Positions 62,580 through 64,000 of a DNA stretch of 64,000 nt are shown piece by piece. The DNA is from Tagaea sp. (GTDB lineage: Bacteria; Pseudomonadota; Alphaproteobacteria; CACIAM-22H2), in assembly GCA_965279525.1 (NCBI GenBank), contig CBDIIB010000002.1, positions 160,001 to 224,000 on the forward strand, read 5' to 3'. Numbering within the stretch: position 1 is the first letter of the stretch; every line of letters starts with the position of its first letter. The position numbers and the translations under genes were made by a program. The notes beneath the pieces are model-generated. The model saw only the letters and a list, made by a program, of their open reading frames with translations, ran no database searches and was not told the DNA's origin.

Positions 62580-63866
62580 ATGACGCTCGACCGCCGCAAT
62601 TTCCTGGCCGGATCCGCGGGTGCGCTGGCACTCGCATCCGGCGCCATGCCCGTGCACGCCCAGGCCCGCAAGTTCGTGGTGATGTGCCACGCGGTCCACC
62701 AGCGCGCGATCAGCGACGCCAAGGGCGGCGATTCGACCGCCGCGTGGCGCCAGCAGACGGGCATGGAGGTCGAATGGCTGACCTTCGGCGTCGAGGCGGT
62801 GCACGAGCGCGTCTACCGCGAGGCCTCGCTGTCGCAGGGCGGCGTGGACGTGGCGCTGATCCTCGAGCGCTTCGGCGGCCCGCACATCGCCCCGCTGTTC
62901 GAGGATCTGGGCCCCTGGCAGGCGAAGGATCCGATCGAGGACATCGCCGAGATCGGCGCCGGCATGCGCGCCGCACACACCTATGGCGGACGCACGATCG
63001 GCATCCCCTATCGCCACGCCACGCACGGGCTGTTCTACAACGAGGAGATCTTCAAGGAGCGCGGCATCACCCGCGCCCCCGAGACGTTCGAGGACGTGAT
63101 CGAGTTCGCCGAGAAGTGCTCTTTCGTGCGGCCGGACGGCACGCGCGTCAACGGCTTCGCGACGTCGATGGACGATCCGTCGGGCATCGGCGACGTGATC
63201 CGCGCCTTCGGCGGAAATTTCATCTCGAACGACTACAAGTTCCGCGCCGACGAGCCCGAGGCGGTGCGCGCCATCACGCTGCTGCGCGACTGGTATCGCA
63301 AGCAGGTGATCCCGCGCAACATGATGACCTTCAAGACCGAGGAAGTGATCACCGCGATCCAGCAGGGCCGTGCGGCGATCACCAACCAGCCCTTCGGCCG
63401 CTTCCTCAACTACAACGATCCCAAGCAGAGCAAGTATCCCGGTGCCATCAAGGTGGGCAACATCCCGCTGCTGAAGTCGCTCGGCAAGCCCGGCCTGTCG
63501 CCGGCCAAGACGTCGGTCTGGGCGCTGGCGATCCCGAAGAACGCGCGCGACAAGGCCGCGTCGTGGAGCTTCATCAAGGAAGTCTCAAGCAAGGCGAGCA
63601 CGATCCGCGCGGCCGTCAACGGCAACGGGCCGGTGCGCTTCTCGGCCTACGACGATCCCAAGGTGCGCGAGCTCGCCCCGTTCTCGGATTTCGAGCGCAA
63701 GGCGCTGCCCACGGCCGTGCTGGTGCTGCCCGGCTTCGAGCAGGCCGCGCGCGCGATGGACATCTTCATGGAAGAGGTCCAGCGCGTGATGCTCGGCCAG
63801 GCCGAGCCGCTCGACGGCATGAAGTCGGCCCGCGCGCGCATCGAGCCCCTTCTGCCCAAGGCGTGA
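62580..63866 (+). CDS. ABC transporter substrate-binding protein (CUT1-like) with Tat signal
   Basis: DRRNFL twin-arginine signal, GIPYR..LFYN, WALAIPKN; GGAGG SD. Confidence 0.9.
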   Translation: MTLDRRNFLAGSAGALALASGAMPVHAQARKFVVMCHAVHQRAISDAKGGDSTAAWRQQTGMEVEWLTFGVEAVHERVYREASLSQGGVDVALILERFGGPHIAPLFEDLGPWQAKDPIEDIAEIGAGMRAAHTYGGRTIGIPYRHATHGLFYNEEIFKERGITRAPETFEDVIEFAEKCSFVRPDGTRVNGFATSMDDPSGIGDVIRAFGGNFISNDYKFRADEPEAVRAITLLRDWYRKQVIPRNMMTFKTEEVITAIQQGRAAITNQPFGRFLNYNDPKQSKYPGAIKVGNIPLLKSLGKPGLSPAKTSVWALAIPKNARDKAASWSFIKEVSSKASTIRAAVNGNGPVRFSAYDDPKVRELAPFSDFERKALPTAVLVLPGFEQAARAMDIFMEEVQRVMLGQAEPLDGMKSARARIEPLLPKA

Positions 63867-63908
63867 GGCGGTTTCGTCCGACGAGCGGCACACGTTAGTA
63901 TCGACGGC

Positions 63909-64000
63909 ATGACGCGCCTGCGGCCCATCCACTACCTGATGCTCACGCCGGCGCAGCTGCTGCTCGTCGCCTTCGTGCTGCTGCCGTCGGTCTATGTCGG
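63909..64000 (+). CDS. ABC permease, 5' end (truncated by window)
   Basis: MTRLRPIHYLMLTPAQLLLVAFVLLPSVYV is a typical first TM of a sugar ABC permease following a binding protein. Confidence 0.65.
   Translation, partial: MTRLRPIHYLMLTPAQLLLVAFVLLPSVYV

Overview
High-GC (roughly 68-70%, by eye) alphaproteobacterial chromosomal segment with Rhodospirillales-like gene content. It is densely coding, and I found no rRNA, tRNA, CRISPR array, transposase, integrase or prophage. Housekeeping genes: tlyA 3' end, aroC, fabI, pdxH, a CDF transporter, rpmJ (type B), glcDEF, carAB and greA. Accessory modules, in order: (i) a putative FNR/FixK-controlled cluster (kinase-like/P-loop protein, a universal stress protein broken by one in-frame TAG, two conserved hypotheticals, a FixR-like SDR); (ii) an alpha-xyloside/pentose oxidative catabolic cluster with two LacI-type operators; (iii) an HD-GYP + stand-alone Aer-type PAS + PilZ-tailed chemoreceptor unit, with a second PilZ-tailed Cache chemoreceptor further on; (iv) a chromate-resistance operon (SOD-rhodanese fusion, ChrB_C/ChrF, ChrA, RNHCP protein) behind a multi-hairpin leader; (v) tandem ion-transporter paralogues and a degenerate GIY-YIG protein; (vi) a heme-uptake operon hemP-hmuR-tonB-hmuSTUV with a Fur box and GCCA-repeat leader elements; (vii) the start of a TauD/GntR/ABC catabolic locus. 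All product calls come from motif recognition by eye; no database search was run.
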